64,000 nt of DNA from Saprolegnia diclina VS20 (taxonomy: Eukaryota): assembly GCF_000281045.1 (NCBI RefSeq), contig NW_008246068.1, positions 1,331,110-1,395,109 of the forward strand, in the 5' to 3' direction. Both the position numbers and the translations under genes were made by a program. Under the pieces are notes generated by a model, which was not told the DNA's origin, did not search any database, and was given only the letters and a program-made list of their open reading frames with translations. Positions 45,301-57,716 of this stretch are shown here, piece after piece. Position 1 is the first letter of the stretch. The number at the start of each line of letters is the position of its first letter.

Positions 45301-47116
45301 ATGACAGAAGTGTTCCGCGCGCCGTCGTCGAGCCGCGGTGGCCTGCCGACCCGCGAGAGCGAGATGGAGATCGTCCGGCCGTCGACGCGCGACACCACCA
45401 TGGACTCGCAGCGCTACAGCTTCAACCATCAGCACTCGGCGGCGAGCGAGTCGACGCGGTCCATGCGTCAAGAACTGGTCATCCCGGTCCTCCCGCTCAC
45501 GCAGCCCGAGAAGTCGAGCAGCTACAAAGGCCGCATTCGCGTACGTCGTGCTGCCACGTATGCGTCCATCGACGACGACACTGAGATCTCGCATGTAGAT
45601 TTGGCCCGGAACACTCTTGCTTGTTGTCATCGTGGCCGGCGCGATCGCGCTCATTGCAACACAGGCGAGCGTCGCGCGCACGGACGCCAAGCAGCGCGCC
45701 ATCGACTACCAGTCGGGCGCGCTCGCCAAGCGCAGCATCGACGGCGCGAACGGCCTCGTCGACGTGGGTCCCGACGGTCAGCTCAACAACCCCGTGACGT
45801 ACGCGACGCAGTGTACGTCATCGTCGAAACCCTTCCACGGCGGCTAACAACATGCCTATGTGCAGCCTGCGCGCAGCTCGACTACCAAAGCAAGAACGGG
45901 AAAATCTGGTATGTGACACCGGATGGCCAAGAGTCGCCGATCTCGATCAAGGGCACCAACTGGTTTGGCATGGAGACGGGCAACGCCGTGCCGTTTGGGC
46001 TCTGGACCAACGATCAGAACGGGACGACCGCATACGAAGTCGCCGACTTTCTGTCGCGCAACAAGTTTAACGCGGTCCGCGTGCCCGTGTGCATCACGAG
46101 CATCCTCAAGAACACGCCGCCGCGGAAAGGCCTCGTCAACGTAGCGATGAACCGCGCGATGGATTTGACCAACTACATTACGACGTTGCAATCGGTCATC
46201 AAAGCGCTGGCGTACCGCAACATTGGCGTCCTCATCTCGCTACATACGCTCACAACGACCGACTCGGGCGGCAACTGGTACGACGCCAAGCTCGGCATCT
46301 CCAAGGATGACTTCCTCGACGCCGTCGACATTCTCACCAAGAACCTCTGCTCGGCCACGTACTGGAACATCATGGGCCTCGACCTCAAGAACGAGCCGCA
46401 CAAGGCGACGTGGGCCGAGTTCTCGGCGGGCTCGACCATCATTGCCGACCGCATGCACAGTACGTTGTTGATAGATTGATACATTTGTTGGACAGCGTGC
46501 TGTAGCCGGGTGCCCCAACTGGATGGGCTTTGTCGAAGGCGTCAACGGCGCGCACAAGCTCACGATCGACGGCACGGCGTTCAGCTACTTTGACTGGTGG
46601 GGCGGCGGTCTCCAGGGCGCAAAAGAAGCCCCGGCGGCGTTCAACCGGCCCAACAAACTCGTGTACGCGCCGCACTACTACAACACGGCCGTGTCGCCGC
46701 AAGACTACCTCTACGGCCCCAAGGGCGCCGAGCTCGACGACGAGACGCTCCGCATGCGCGTGCAGGTGACGAGCGAAGACATGTTTGGGTTCCTTGCGAC
46801 CGCCAAGAAAGACGCGGTCGTCCTCGGCGAGTTTGCCGGCTTGTACAAGGGCGACGAAAGCCCCAAGCTCACGATTCGGCGCACGACCGACTTTTTGATC
46901 GAGGTCATGCTCAAGGAGCAGTACGCAGGTGGCTTTAGCTGGAGTTTGAACCCCGAGTCGGCGTACCAGTTCAACCCGGCGCCCGGCACGTACAGCGAAG
47001 GGCTCCTCGAGCTCGACTGGCTCACGTCCAACACGGTCTTCCTTCAAGGCATGGCCGCGATGGACAAACTGCCCGACCTCAAGCCCTGGCCGTGCATTCC
47101 CGTCAACAAAAAATAG
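45301..47116 (+). CDS. GH5 endo-beta-1,4-glucanase-like protein with an N-terminal type II membrane anchor
   Basis: IKGTNWFGMET, FNAVRVP, GLDLKNEPH (acid/base Glu), LVYAPHYY, VVLGEFAG (nucleophile Glu), FSWSLNPES. TM segment IWPGTLLLVVIVAGAIALIA after intron 45541-45598. Confidence 0.9.
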
Positions 47117-47277
47117 GACCACGTTGAATTTTGACACATAAGACGACTACATACAACATATATACTATAGTACTCCGCACGGCTCCACTAGGTTGAAGGG
47201 AAGTGACTAGCAACACCAACCCTAATCCACCTTCATACCTACGATTGCGTCAACGTGAAGTGCACACGCGTACCTGT

Positions 47278-47373
47278 AATTGCAGAATTGCAAAATTGCA
47301 AAATGGCAAAATGGCAAAATGGCAAAATGGCAAAATGGCAAAATTGCAAAATTGCAACATTGCAGAATTGCAG
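47278..47373. repeat. 8-mer tandem repeat, 12 units (AATTGCAA/AATGGCAA/AATTGCAG)
   Basis: aattgcag aattgcaa x2 aatggcaa x5 aattgcaa x2 cattgcag aattgcag. Confidence 0.95.
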
Positions 47374-47404
47374 ATTTCAGACGCGATAAGATCATATTGG
47401 GCTG

Positions 47405-48703
47405 TTAAAAAACGACGAGGAAGAGGTAGATAAAGACAACGAGGATGAGGAAGATCTTGAGAATGAGCGACCGGTTGCCCGACATGGACGTAAAGTACTT
47501 GAGGAGTTCGTTGTGCCCGGCCTCGACGTTCATTTGTCTACGCATCATGACCACCTCGCCCCATACATGGCTTTCTCAACGTACGCCGTCGTCATGTCGT
47601 CATCAATGCGCTCGAGGACTTCGCCCTACTCATCCCCGCATCATCAGCACCATGCACCATGCGTTTCGGTCTCTACCTGGCTTGCAATCAACGACGACAT
47701 GCGGTTGTACATGCTGCTAATCTATGGCCGCCTTGTCACGACAACAGTATACGATCGCACGGAAATCACAAACCTCGACGATCGTGGACTCGATGTGCTT
47801 GGCGTCGTTCAGTCGCGCTTGGGCCGTGTAGCGCTGCATGGACGCTTGCTGCTGTTGCTGCTGCACGTAAGCGTTCGCCGTGCTGTTCTGGTTCATGTTC
47901 GGCCGACGTCGCAGCAGCGGCACGCCTACATGTCGTGTCAGTTTGACGTGAAATTCACTTGTCCTTGTACTCTGCGCAGCCGGTAGCTCGGTCGGTGCCG
48001 CGACGGCTGCACTGTTAACGTTGCTCGAATTCTGGTTGTAGCTGGTATTCTGGTAGTTGGTCGTGTTGTGGTAGCTGTTGGCAGGACGACTGGTGCTTGC
48101 GTAGGGCAATGCAGCGCCCATGCGCGGTGGAGCTTGTACCGTTGGCGGCGATGGCGGCTTGGCGCGCAGCGTCAGTGGCGTGTTGATCTGCACGTGCGGC
48201 CCTGCGTGCGAGAAGCGCTTTCGCCGGTCGTTGATCTCCTTGATGACGTTCGCGCGGGTTTGCATCCCATCTTGAAGTTCCTTGACGCACTTGGCCATGC
48301 GTGTGTTTAGCGACGCGCAAATGACGCTAAAGTGGCGCTGCTGCTGGTTCTACACGCGACAATAGAGCTGGCATGAGTCCATGATCCGGAGGAAGTGAAG
48401 GCAGCGTACGTCGCCTTGTACCGCTTGCTGGAACTCGCTGATCTCCTTTGCAATGATGGGCAGCGACTGCTTGGTGATGTCGCAAATGCTCGAGATCTCC
48501 TTGGTCGGGTCGTCTTCGGCCGTCATGTGCTTCTTGAGCGCCAGCGTCGCGAGGCCGCGAAGCAGCATCTCCTTCTCGAGGAGCGCATCCGAGATGCGCT
48601 GCGCCACGCGGGCGTACGCCGAGAGCGGTCGGTGCTTGGCCAGCAGGATCGGCGCGTCCGTAAAGAGCTGCGTGATGCGCACGAACTCGGTCGTCCGGTC
48701 CAT
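47405..48703 (-). CDS. STX5: Syntaxin-5 (Sed5)-like Qa-SNARE
   Basis: N-terminal MDRTTEF; LATLA..DDPTKEIS; SNARE AKHIESTIVE..VEAGHNELLKYFTSMSGNRSLILKIF; C-terminal TM; multiple introns. Confidence 0.9.
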
Positions 48704-49372
48704 CGTCGTCTCGGGTCTGGCAGCAGAAAGTTGTTGCGCTGTCCGGTTAGCGTTCGGGTAATGCTTCAAGTAGCCAATCATATCGCACCACTTCATCCGT
48801 CCCGTACGCAGACTATTTTCGCGCGTACACTATATACAAAATTCGCCCGGTGCACGAAAGTGCCGATAGACCATGTATTAATGCGCGTCGTCGGCTACAT
48901 AGGCTGCGAGCAAGGCATGCAATCGGCATCGCGACAGAGTGCACATGGCGGCCAGCGTCTTTCGACTGCAAGCGCAAGGTAAAACTCTATTTCACAAATG
49001 TACACTATATCATGCACGTTTCGAAGTTCGCAGGTATCACCTTCGAAAAACACTTGGTATTTGTATGGACTACGCTAGGTAGCTATCACCGAGTGATCAT
49101 GCAGGATTGTGATTCTTTGTCTCGGAACTTCGTCGAAGTTCGATGCAGACAGGCGAAGATCGCAAGCGTTGAGTTTGCACTTTGGCGTCTTGCAAGGGCG
49201 CCCCTTCAACACGTATGCTGTATCCATTCGAACGAGCTCCTCGAGTACTTGAACGCTATATGTGTGGCCAAGGCCAACGTCCACATCCGCGTCAAATATT
49301 CGGCCCTTATTGTCTGTCACGACCGGAACGTTGGACTCTGTCAAAGATTCTAAGCTTGGTTTTATCTTCTCG

Positions 49373-50092
49373 CTACGAGTGACGGTGCAAAGACGGCGCT
49401 GCGCCGTACCGGCGGATATCGTCGCCAAAGTATTCGAGGAGCATCTCGTCGATGGGCACGGGCGGATGATGCTCCATGTGCTGCAGGTGGGGCGCGGGCG
49501 GGTACGCCATCGGCGCGTAGGAGGAAGCACTGCTTTGAAAACGAGGATCATGGTAGCTACTCGAGGTGTACGCTGCTGGGTACGCATCGTGCTGCTGCTG
49601 GGTGTACGGTGTGTACGCGAACGGCTGGTACTTGTCCTCGGCCATGGATCGGGGGTACGGCGGCAGTGTGAGCGTGTCGTCCGACGCAAGCGCGCCGTCA
49701 AAGTGCGGTCGATAGACGGCAGGCGGTGGCAGCTCGGCGTGCGTCGATGCGACAGCAATGGGCGGAATCATGGCCACGCGATACTCGGGTTCGGCCGTGT
49801 TCGGCACGGTGTGGCTCTGACTTGGGTCGAGCTGCGGCGACGGCGACGACCCGTACTCGTCGAGCCACTCGTCGGAGGTCGCTCGTTTCCGAAGCAGGCC
49901 TCGTCGTCGACGCGAGAGCTTCTCGCGGTGCTTTTGCGCATGCGTCTGTGTCTGACGCGCCGTGCGCGTGCCAATGTAGTCGGCGACCGACTTCCAAGGT
50001 CCCTGTGGGTAGAGCTGGATCGCACGGAGGTACCTCCGGTGTTCGTCCCGGGTCCACTGTCCGACGCCTTGTTGCGCTTGCTGTTGTGCCAT
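49373..50092 (-). CDS. Single-repeat Myb (SHAQKY-class) transcription factor
   Basis: GQWTRDEHRRYLRAIQLYPQGPWKSVADYIGTRTARQTQTHAQKHREK, followed by a P/Y/Q-rich tail. Confidence 0.9.
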   Translation of the reverse strand: MAQQQAQQGVGQWTRDEHRRYLRAIQLYPQGPWKSVADYIGTRTARQTQTHAQKHREKLSRRRRGLLRKRATSDEWLDEYGSSPSPQLDPSQSHTVPNTAEPEYRVAMIPPIAVASTHAELPPPAVYRPHFDGALASDDTLTLPPYPRSMAEDKYQPFAYTPYTQQQHDAYPAAYTSSSYHDPRFQSSASSYAPMAYPPAPHLQHMEHHPPVPIDEMLLEYFGDDIRRYGAAPSLHRHS

Positions 50093-50700
50093 CCTGACTC
50101 TTATCGTCGAATGCTGGCGACTGCCGAGCCATCAGCAAGCTGCGTCACAGATACAGTGCGGAAGTTTCGAACCGCGATTTGAACCTGGGTCCGACGGCAC
50201 AATCGACAGAAGCAGATGGTCGACCTTTCTATCAAGACACGGGAAGCACAACTTGGCTGTGGTCCGCACGGCGATCCTAGAACACGTGTCCACAGCTTGG
50301 ATGAGGATCGTCCGCGATGCATCCCGCTTGGTGCCAAGACCACCAACTCACGATCGCGATTTCAGGCGACATGTCTGCGCCGACGACGCGGCGTCACACA
50401 TCTTGGGTCGCCGTTGCTGCAGACCAAGGCAGCTGCGCAGCATGTTTTTGGCGACGCCTCGTGGACGTAGACAAGGAGACGACGTCGTGTTGTAGTCTGT
50501 CGGCGAATCGCTGCAGACACGAGTAGGATGCAACGTCCTACTACTGGCACTTGGCTGTAGCGCGATGCTTGGATGACATGAGAATGCCCACCACCGACGA
50601 CGACGCCGCCGTCGCCTTCAACAAATACCGCGGGCCAATCAAGCCGATCACGTGGAGCCGAGAAGGAATTGGTCCTCGAACAAAAGACGATGATGATGAC

Positions 50701-52168
50701 TTAGCCGACCTTGCGCTTCTTCGCACTGGTACTACTGCTGCTGCGACCAAAGGCGTGGCCAAAGCGATCGTCGCCGCGGGTCGTCGCCGCGCTGCGCGGC
50801 ATCTCGGGGTGCTGGGACGGAAACGTGGGCATCATGCCGGGCTCCTTCGGGAACGGCCTTTCGTTAAAGTACGGATGGGCGAGCGCCGCCGTCGCCTGAA
50901 AGCAAGCCTGAGATTGACAGCGTTGTCGAGAGGCAGAGTACCGTGAGCCGCTTCTTTGGGTCGTACGTCAAGAGCTGCGCCATGAGGTCCATGCCCTACA
51001 CACGCCTCAGCACGTGCGTCGGAGGAACGACTTGTACGCTGCGCGAGAGCCTTTTGTCAAAGACGCGTTCGAGTGAGCTGTAGGATGACGCGCCGTCGAT
51101 GTCAAACTTCGAAGCATGCGGCAGCGCAGAGAGGCCAGGCCAAATGCGCTCGTTGGGCCGGCCCAAAAGCTAGGTGCATCGGTGATGCCAAACACCCTCA
51201 CATTAAGGGGGTACCTGGTAGATCTTTTGGACCTGGTCCAAGTCGGTGGACCCGTTCATGAGCGGTTCGTTCAAGATGAGTTCGCCAAAGATGCAGCCAA
51301 TCGCCCTGATGCATGTAAGGAGGCTTTCGGAGCCAAGTACGAGGCATTACCACATGTCGATCGCAGCCGTGTACGTCTCGCAGCCAAAGAGGAGCTCGGG
51401 CGACCGGTACCAGAGCGTCACGACCTTGGGCGTCAGGTTCATCTCCATCGGGTACCCCGTTTCGCGCGCCAAGCCAAAGTCGGCGAGCTTGACGCGGCCA
51501 AACCCATCGTACAGGATGTTGGAGAGCTTGAGGTCGCTATGCAGCAACACCGTGAGCCACGACATAAGGCTTAGAGATACAATGCCGCACCGGTGGATGA
51601 TGTTGAGGCTGTGAAGGTACTCGACGGCGCGAAGCAGCTCGATCAAGACGCGCTTGGCCTACGCAACTATGGCACCGTTGTGCAAATGACAAGCAACGAC
51701 CTCCGACTCGGTGAACGGGTGGCGAACGTTGGTCAGCAGCGCCGAGAGGTCGTGCTCGCAGTACTCGAAGACGAGAAAGACGCTAATAGTAGGCATGCGG
51801 TCATGGCGTCGTCGGACCGCAGCGCGTACCCCGACCGCTTGCGACCCACAACGACGTCTTTGAGCTGCACGCAGTTCTCTTGGCGCAGCCGCTTGAGCAG
51901 CTTGATCTCGCGGATGGCCGTGATGGGAAACTAGAGGAGAGCGGATGCTGCATGTGAGGCGAGGACCAGCGACGAGGCGACGTACGCCATCTTGCTTCTC
52001 GTTGTGCAGGATCACGCGCTTGAGCGCCACGATTTCGCCGGTCGCCTTATCGCGCGCCCGGTAGACCGTTCCGTACGTGCCCTCGCCGATGCGGTTGAGC
52101 TTCTCGAACTCGTCGACGTCGCGGCAAGCGCCAAAGGCCTCGAAGGGCATCGGCGCACCCGGCGCCAT
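50701..52168 (-). CDS. CDK10: CDK10/CDK11-like cyclin-dependent kinase
   Basis: [89 protein letters not shown]....MPTFP. Multiple introns. Confidence 0.85.
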
Positions 52169-52325
52169 CTTCCTGTTGGTCCACGCACCATCCGGCTGGC
52201 ATCCGGATACAAAGCATTGTTCATTTGTATAGCATACAATGGGCCTGTCAACCAAAATGCAGACTATTTCAGGATTTCAGGACCTCTCGAAATGGTGTGA
52301 AGGATCGCAAAAGGATACGCTTGCG
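52169..52325. promoter_or_regulatory. Compact bidirectional promoter (CDK10 / GT41 gene)
   Basis: Divergent ATGs 157 bp apart; contains catccggatac (52200-52210). Confidence 0.5.
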
Positions 52326-55300
52326 ATGCGTGTAGCGACCGTCGTCGGCCTTCTCGGAACCTGGCTCGCGGTAGGCGTTGCTGCAAGGCAAGAGGCGCGT
52401 ACGTGGCGCAGAGATATGCCAGCGATCTTCACGGCCATGTAGGCTGCACGCTCCAGTATGGCCAGACATCGGCCACGTGCGAGCTCGCGCACTTTGGAGG
52501 CTTTCTAGCGTCGCCAGCCGTCATCCTCGATGCCATCGTGGTCGCTGACCCCCTCCACGCATGCGCACCTCTGACCATGGCCGTGCCACCGTCGACGCTC
52601 GTGCTGGTCGCTCGCGGCGAATGTGCGTTCACAGACAAGGTCGGCTTCACCGAGGCTATGGTCCAAACCCAACATCACTGCGTAGCTACGCCACGTCGCC
52701 GCTGCCGGCAGCACGTGCATGGCCGTCATGAACCACAACGATGAAGTGTTTCCGATGGCCTCGACCGAGATTGCAAACCAGAGTGTCCTCGCGGTCGTGC
52801 TTGGCCGCTCCGACAGCGTAGCGTTGCGCACGGCCATGGCGACCAACGCGCATCTTCCAGCCTCGTTCCGCACGTCAACGCATTGGTTGCAGCAGTGCTC
52901 GTCGCGGCTTGAAGCGCTCTTGTCGACAAATGTGCCGCGCGCCGCTGCCACGACGTTCACGGCATGTGCTCGGCTGCTGGACGCCGACAATTCGGTCGAC
53001 TCGGCGGTCCACGCGGCGTTCTATATTGATGCGATGACGCGCTTCGCCAGCGATGCGCATCGTGCGTGGGACGCTCTTCAGTTTGCTGCTGTGCACAGCG
53101 CTGTCGCCGTCGCCGCGGTCGCACCCAGCGCCAACCATTGGCTGGTTGCCGCCGAACAGTTGCAGCTCTGGGGCCGCCTCGACGACGCAGCAATGTACTA
53201 TACGCACGCACTGGGGCTCGACTTGTCGCCGACGCAGCACACCCGCGCAGTCTGCGGCGCAGGCCTCACGGCCTTTCTGCGGGCTGAAATCGTCGAGGCC
53301 AAGGCGCTCTATGACGCCTGCGAGACCGTCGCATCGCACGCATTTCCGACGCTGTTTGCCGTGGCCGTCGACAGCTTTCGCAGTCTCTTTTCGAAAAGAG
53401 ACGTCGATGCGTTGCTCGAGGTACTGCGTGGCCAAAATGCGTCGCTTTTGTGTCGCCATCAAGTGGAGAATGGGCGCGTCACATTGCAGTTTGCGTCACC
53501 GATCGTGCGCTACTACTATGAGACATGTACGCAAATGGGGGTCTTCCTCGACGAGCTGGGGGCGTTCGAAGCGTCGCTGGCACATTTCCAACGCGGCCTT
53601 GCGCTCTGTGGCAAAGCCTCTGGCCTTCACGTACGCTCGCTGTGTTTCTTCGCGTGCTCATGTGGGCTAGGTGCGGCTGGCGCTGGCGATTCCATCGGTC
53701 TTTGACTCTCTCCCCGCCATGGAGGCATACATGAAGGCGCTGTCGACCCGCGTTGACGCACTCACAAACGACGACCTAGCACCAGACGTACAGAGCGCAC
53801 TGCGACCAGACGACGCGGGGTACCTCGCATGGACGATCACACCGCCAACCATGCTGCTTGGTTACCAGGTTCGTCAAGCTCTCTGGCGAGTACTGCTAGG
53901 ACATTTCTTGCAGGGCTTGCCGACTGCCGATGTGCAGGCCCGCATCGTTGCCATGTACGAGCGACTGTACCCGGCAGCGCTCTCCTCTGCGACGGAGGTG
54001 GCGTCATTGCACGTTGCCACCAAGAGACGCGTGGCGTTTGTCTCGTCATGGTTTCGGTCCCACTCGGTGGGGAAGCTTCTCCGAGGCATTTTAGAGCACC
54101 TGGATCGGTTATCGATGACTAAACTACGAGTATGGACGCCAACGGTGGTTAGGGCAACGCTCGAGGTGGCGGTGTATACGTCGTCGCACTTTTTCCCGAT
54201 CTCGACCACGGACACCATCACGGCGGCGATCATGGACGCCGTGGATCGTTTCGTGGTGCTGCCACACGACGCTGTGGAGGCGCTTGCCCTCTTGCGCGCC
54301 GACGCGATCGACGTGGTCGTGTTTCCAGAACTTGGTATGGACGCGTGGACGAGCTTCCTTGCCCACCACCGGTTTGGCCGCGTCCAGTGCGTCTTTTGGG
54401 GCCACCCGATCACGACGGGTTTAGTCGACAGCATCGACTACTTTCTTGGCTCGGGTGGGTTGCCCTATAAGATTTCGATCTGATCGAGTGTTGGCTCTGT
54501 TGCCAGATCTCTACTGGGACGACGACGACGACGAACAAGCAGATGCAGCCTACTACACGGAGCAGCGTGTTCGGTTCTCGAGTCTCTCGACGTACTTTTA
54601 CCAGGTTGCCATTGGTCTCACAACGAGGCTCTTAACCTAAAGGATGGTCTAGCCAGAGCCAGTCGCGTTGCATGTGACAGCCCGCGATCACTTTCACTTG
54701 CCGCCTTCCAGTCACGTGTACCTATGTCCCCAAGTACGAGTCTCGGGCTACAATTGGGGTGGTCATCTCGTATGACGTAGACGCTCATGAAGCTTCACCC
54801 CGCGCTGGACGTCATTTTCAGAGACATTCTCACAAGCGACCCCAACGGGCTCGTCGTCCTTCTCTACTCGCCGCGCCAAATCGTGTGGAAGCACCGGGTC
54901 CGGGACCGACTTGCTCAATTCGCGCCAGCCGTCCACGACCGCATCCTCTTTCTCGAGACGCAACCGTACGACAAATTTCTCTCCCTCCTCGCGACCTCGG
55001 ATGTGCTTCTCGACCCGTTCCCGTTTGGCGGCGGCGTCACGACCCTCGACGCCCTCGTCGTGGGACTGTACGTACCATCGACCAAGTTGCCAATTCGAGT
55101 AGCAATGATCTAGACCGGTCGTGACGTTGCCGGCCAAACAGACAGTGGTGACGCTCGCGGCGGGCTTTTGTCGCCGCCTCAACCTCTCGACGTGTATCGT
55201 GCAGGATGAAGCGGCGTTTGTGGCGACAGCGGTCGCGCTCGCATGCGACAAGGCGCTTCAAGCGAGCGTCCGCCAAGAGATTCGGGACGCCCATCGGGCT

Positions 55301-55357
55301 TTGTACCACGACAAGGCGGCGGTCGACGAGTGGAGTGCCTTCTTGCGCACCGTGTAG
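52326..55357 (+). CDS. Signal-peptide + PA domain + TPR-like + GT41 (OGT/SPINDLY-like) glycosyltransferase
   Basis: Signal-like MRVATVVGLLGTWLAVGVAA; PA domain AHFG..ADPLHACAPL..LVARGECAFTDK; TPR-like helices; GT41 motifs RVAFVS..FRSHSVGK, DVVVFPELGMD, R..VQCVFWGHPITTG..IDYFL, YLCPQ|TLMKLHP, DVLLDPFPFGGGVTTLDAL..G|.PVVTL. Confidence 0.85.
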
Positions 55358-55823
55358 CCTACTCGTGCTAAGCAGCTTGACGGGTGTCTGCGACGGTGTG
55401 TGTTGAATCTGCAGTCGTCGGCCTTTGTCATGTCGTTCGTCATTCACTCGCCAAAACTTGGAGTGTTCCGGTAAGGGGCAATAAGAAATGACTCTTGGTT
55501 ATGGGCAGGAGATACTGGCACGTCGTTGCACGTGAAGCGAAGACCGTTGATTGGACAAGGGCTCTCTGCAATCTATTTGGACGCAGGAACCTTTCACTGG
55601 TGCGGCTGTCACTGGGCTACTGGGCTCCTCGTTAGTAGGTCTTATTCAGCACACCCGGTCTACTCTACTTTGCAATGTAGCAATATGGTCCCTCATGTCG
55701 AGCTCGTTTCGTCTGAGTGTTGAGTGATACAGGGTATATGTTATAGTATTGCATTTGGGTTTCATTTTTTACAATAAACTTGTGTGGCGTGTGTCTAGTC
55801 TAGTTAGATAAGAGGAGAAGTGC

Positions 55824-57716
55824 TCAGACGACTTCTTCCACAAACGGGCTCTCGCGCAGCGGCGCGTCGTCCGTGTGCCGAGGCGACGAGAGGCTGTAGC
55901 GCGACCGCGCTGCCCGATCGATGGCGTCCAACAAAAACGCCTGCTCGGCCAGCGTCTGGTCCATCTTGCGAAAGCTGTCGCGGATCTCTGCGCGGGGCGT
56001 TCCGACCGGCGTCGCATTCCGCGAGTTGGCCGCCGACATGGTCGCTTTCGTGAGCGTCGCCGTCTCTTTGGCAACGCGGCGCGCCTTGACCGACATCTTC
56101 CAGAGCTCATGGGCCATCGTGTTGGAGTCCATCTTGGCGCCGTGGTCGTACGCGGTCTTGTGGCCGTTGGCGTCCGTGAAGGGCGTCGGTGACGACGCAT
56201 CGTTGACAGCAGGAAACTCTTCGTCTTCGCTCGGCGACGTCAAGTTTTTCCGGCGGTTGGTGCTCGAGCGCGACTCGCCCGAGTTGGTCGACGGGTCGGT
56301 CTCGAGCGAGAAGAACGAGAGCCGGTTGTTCGAATCCCGGTACGTCGAGCAGTCGCTGACTAAGTTGGATACAAATGTCAGGAAAAGTGTCGGAAAATCG
56401 CCAGAAAAATGATAGGACGTACGGTTGGTGCCGTTGGGGGCGCGCTTGGCCGACGACGAGCACTGCGACGACGACGCCGTCGACGACCGCGCATACAGCA
56501 CGCACGGCTTGCAGAACTTTTCAATGACTGCGTGGTGGTGGGTGATCTCGAGCAGCTCCGTGCCGTAGATGGGCCGCAGCACCATGCATTTTTTGCACAT
56601 AACCTACCCCTTGCCACATGAGAATTTCGATACCTGGGCGAAGAATGAACATACCTCGCCGCACGCCCGGCAGTGGTGGCGGGCGCGAAAGAGCCCGAAC
56701 GAGTGGTGGCATGCATAGCACTCCTTGCGCTCACTACAAACTTTAATCAGAAGTGAACCCCAGAATAAGAAATAGATTTACCTGTCCGGAACCCACTGCA
56801 CACGATCGCAGAGCGGCCGGCGCGAGATGCGATAGGACTCGAGGTGGATCGAGAGCTGGTGCATAGAGTTGAGGAGGTTGGTCGAGAAGGCTTCGACGGC
56901 CCGCGACGGGAAGCTGAGGCTGCCTTGCGGATCAATGACGCCGATCGTGGTCATGCGCGTGCCGTTGGTCGGCGACGTCTGGAAGAAGACAGCGACTTGG
57001 ATGTGGGCGCGGACGAGGTCGAACGGCTTCTCGAGGAGCGGGCAGTTGGGCACGTCGACCGAGTTGCAGAGGATGTAGAAGAGCTGGTTGCCATCGCTGT
57101 CCATGGTCGCCCCCGTGGTCTTTAGCACGCACGTGTCGCGGCGGCTCGCGGAGCGCACCGGCGTGTTCCACGCCATCCAGCAGAGGCTCGAGAAGCGGCA
57201 GAAGCGCAACGGGTCTTCTTCGTCGCTGTGCTTGAGCACGTGCAGCATGACGCCGTCGACAAACATGCTTGGGAAGTAGATCTGGCCCCAGCGCCGGAGC
57301 GAGTCCGTGTCGTCGGCGTACATGAGCTCCATCATCTCGAGCGGACCGCCCTCAATGTCGGTGCGGCACGTAAACTTGATCTCGCTGGACCCGCCTTTGG
57401 TCGTCTTCTTCTTCATGCGCACCACCGAGTCCTCGCGCTCGTAGACCGAGTAGCCCTGCGCGTCGACCTCGTGCCGGAACGGCCGCGGCAGGTGTGGGTG
57501 GCTGTGCGACCGGTGGCGCGACTCGGTGCTTTCGCGCTCGACGTACAGATTGGCGAGCGCGACGTCCAGGTGGCGCGACGCTTCGGCTTCGTACATGGCG
57601 GTTTGGCTGGCCGAGAGCCGACCTTTGCTGGAGCTGCTCTCAAAGTAGCTCGACCGCAGCGGAAACGGTGACCCAAGCGGAAGGCCGCCGGCCATCATAA
57701 AGTCGCTCCCCACCAT
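55824..57716 (-). CDS. START-like + FYVE domain protein
   Basis: START-like region (LCWMAW..RRDTCVL..SVDVPNCPLLEKPFDLVRA). FYVE WVPD..CYAC..FGLFRARHHCRACGE..CKKC..FCKPC, split by two introns. Confidence 0.85.

Noticed and set aside
47278..47373. Possible CRISPR or telomeric array
   Set aside because: No spacers, and the unit is not TTTAGGG/TTAGGG-like; a simple tandem repeat.
49100..49340. Minus-strand peptide faintly like a Crinkler N-terminus (IFDADVD..SVQVLEELV..NACDLRL)
   Set aside because: No start codon, no LFLAK or HVLV motif; similarity too weak.
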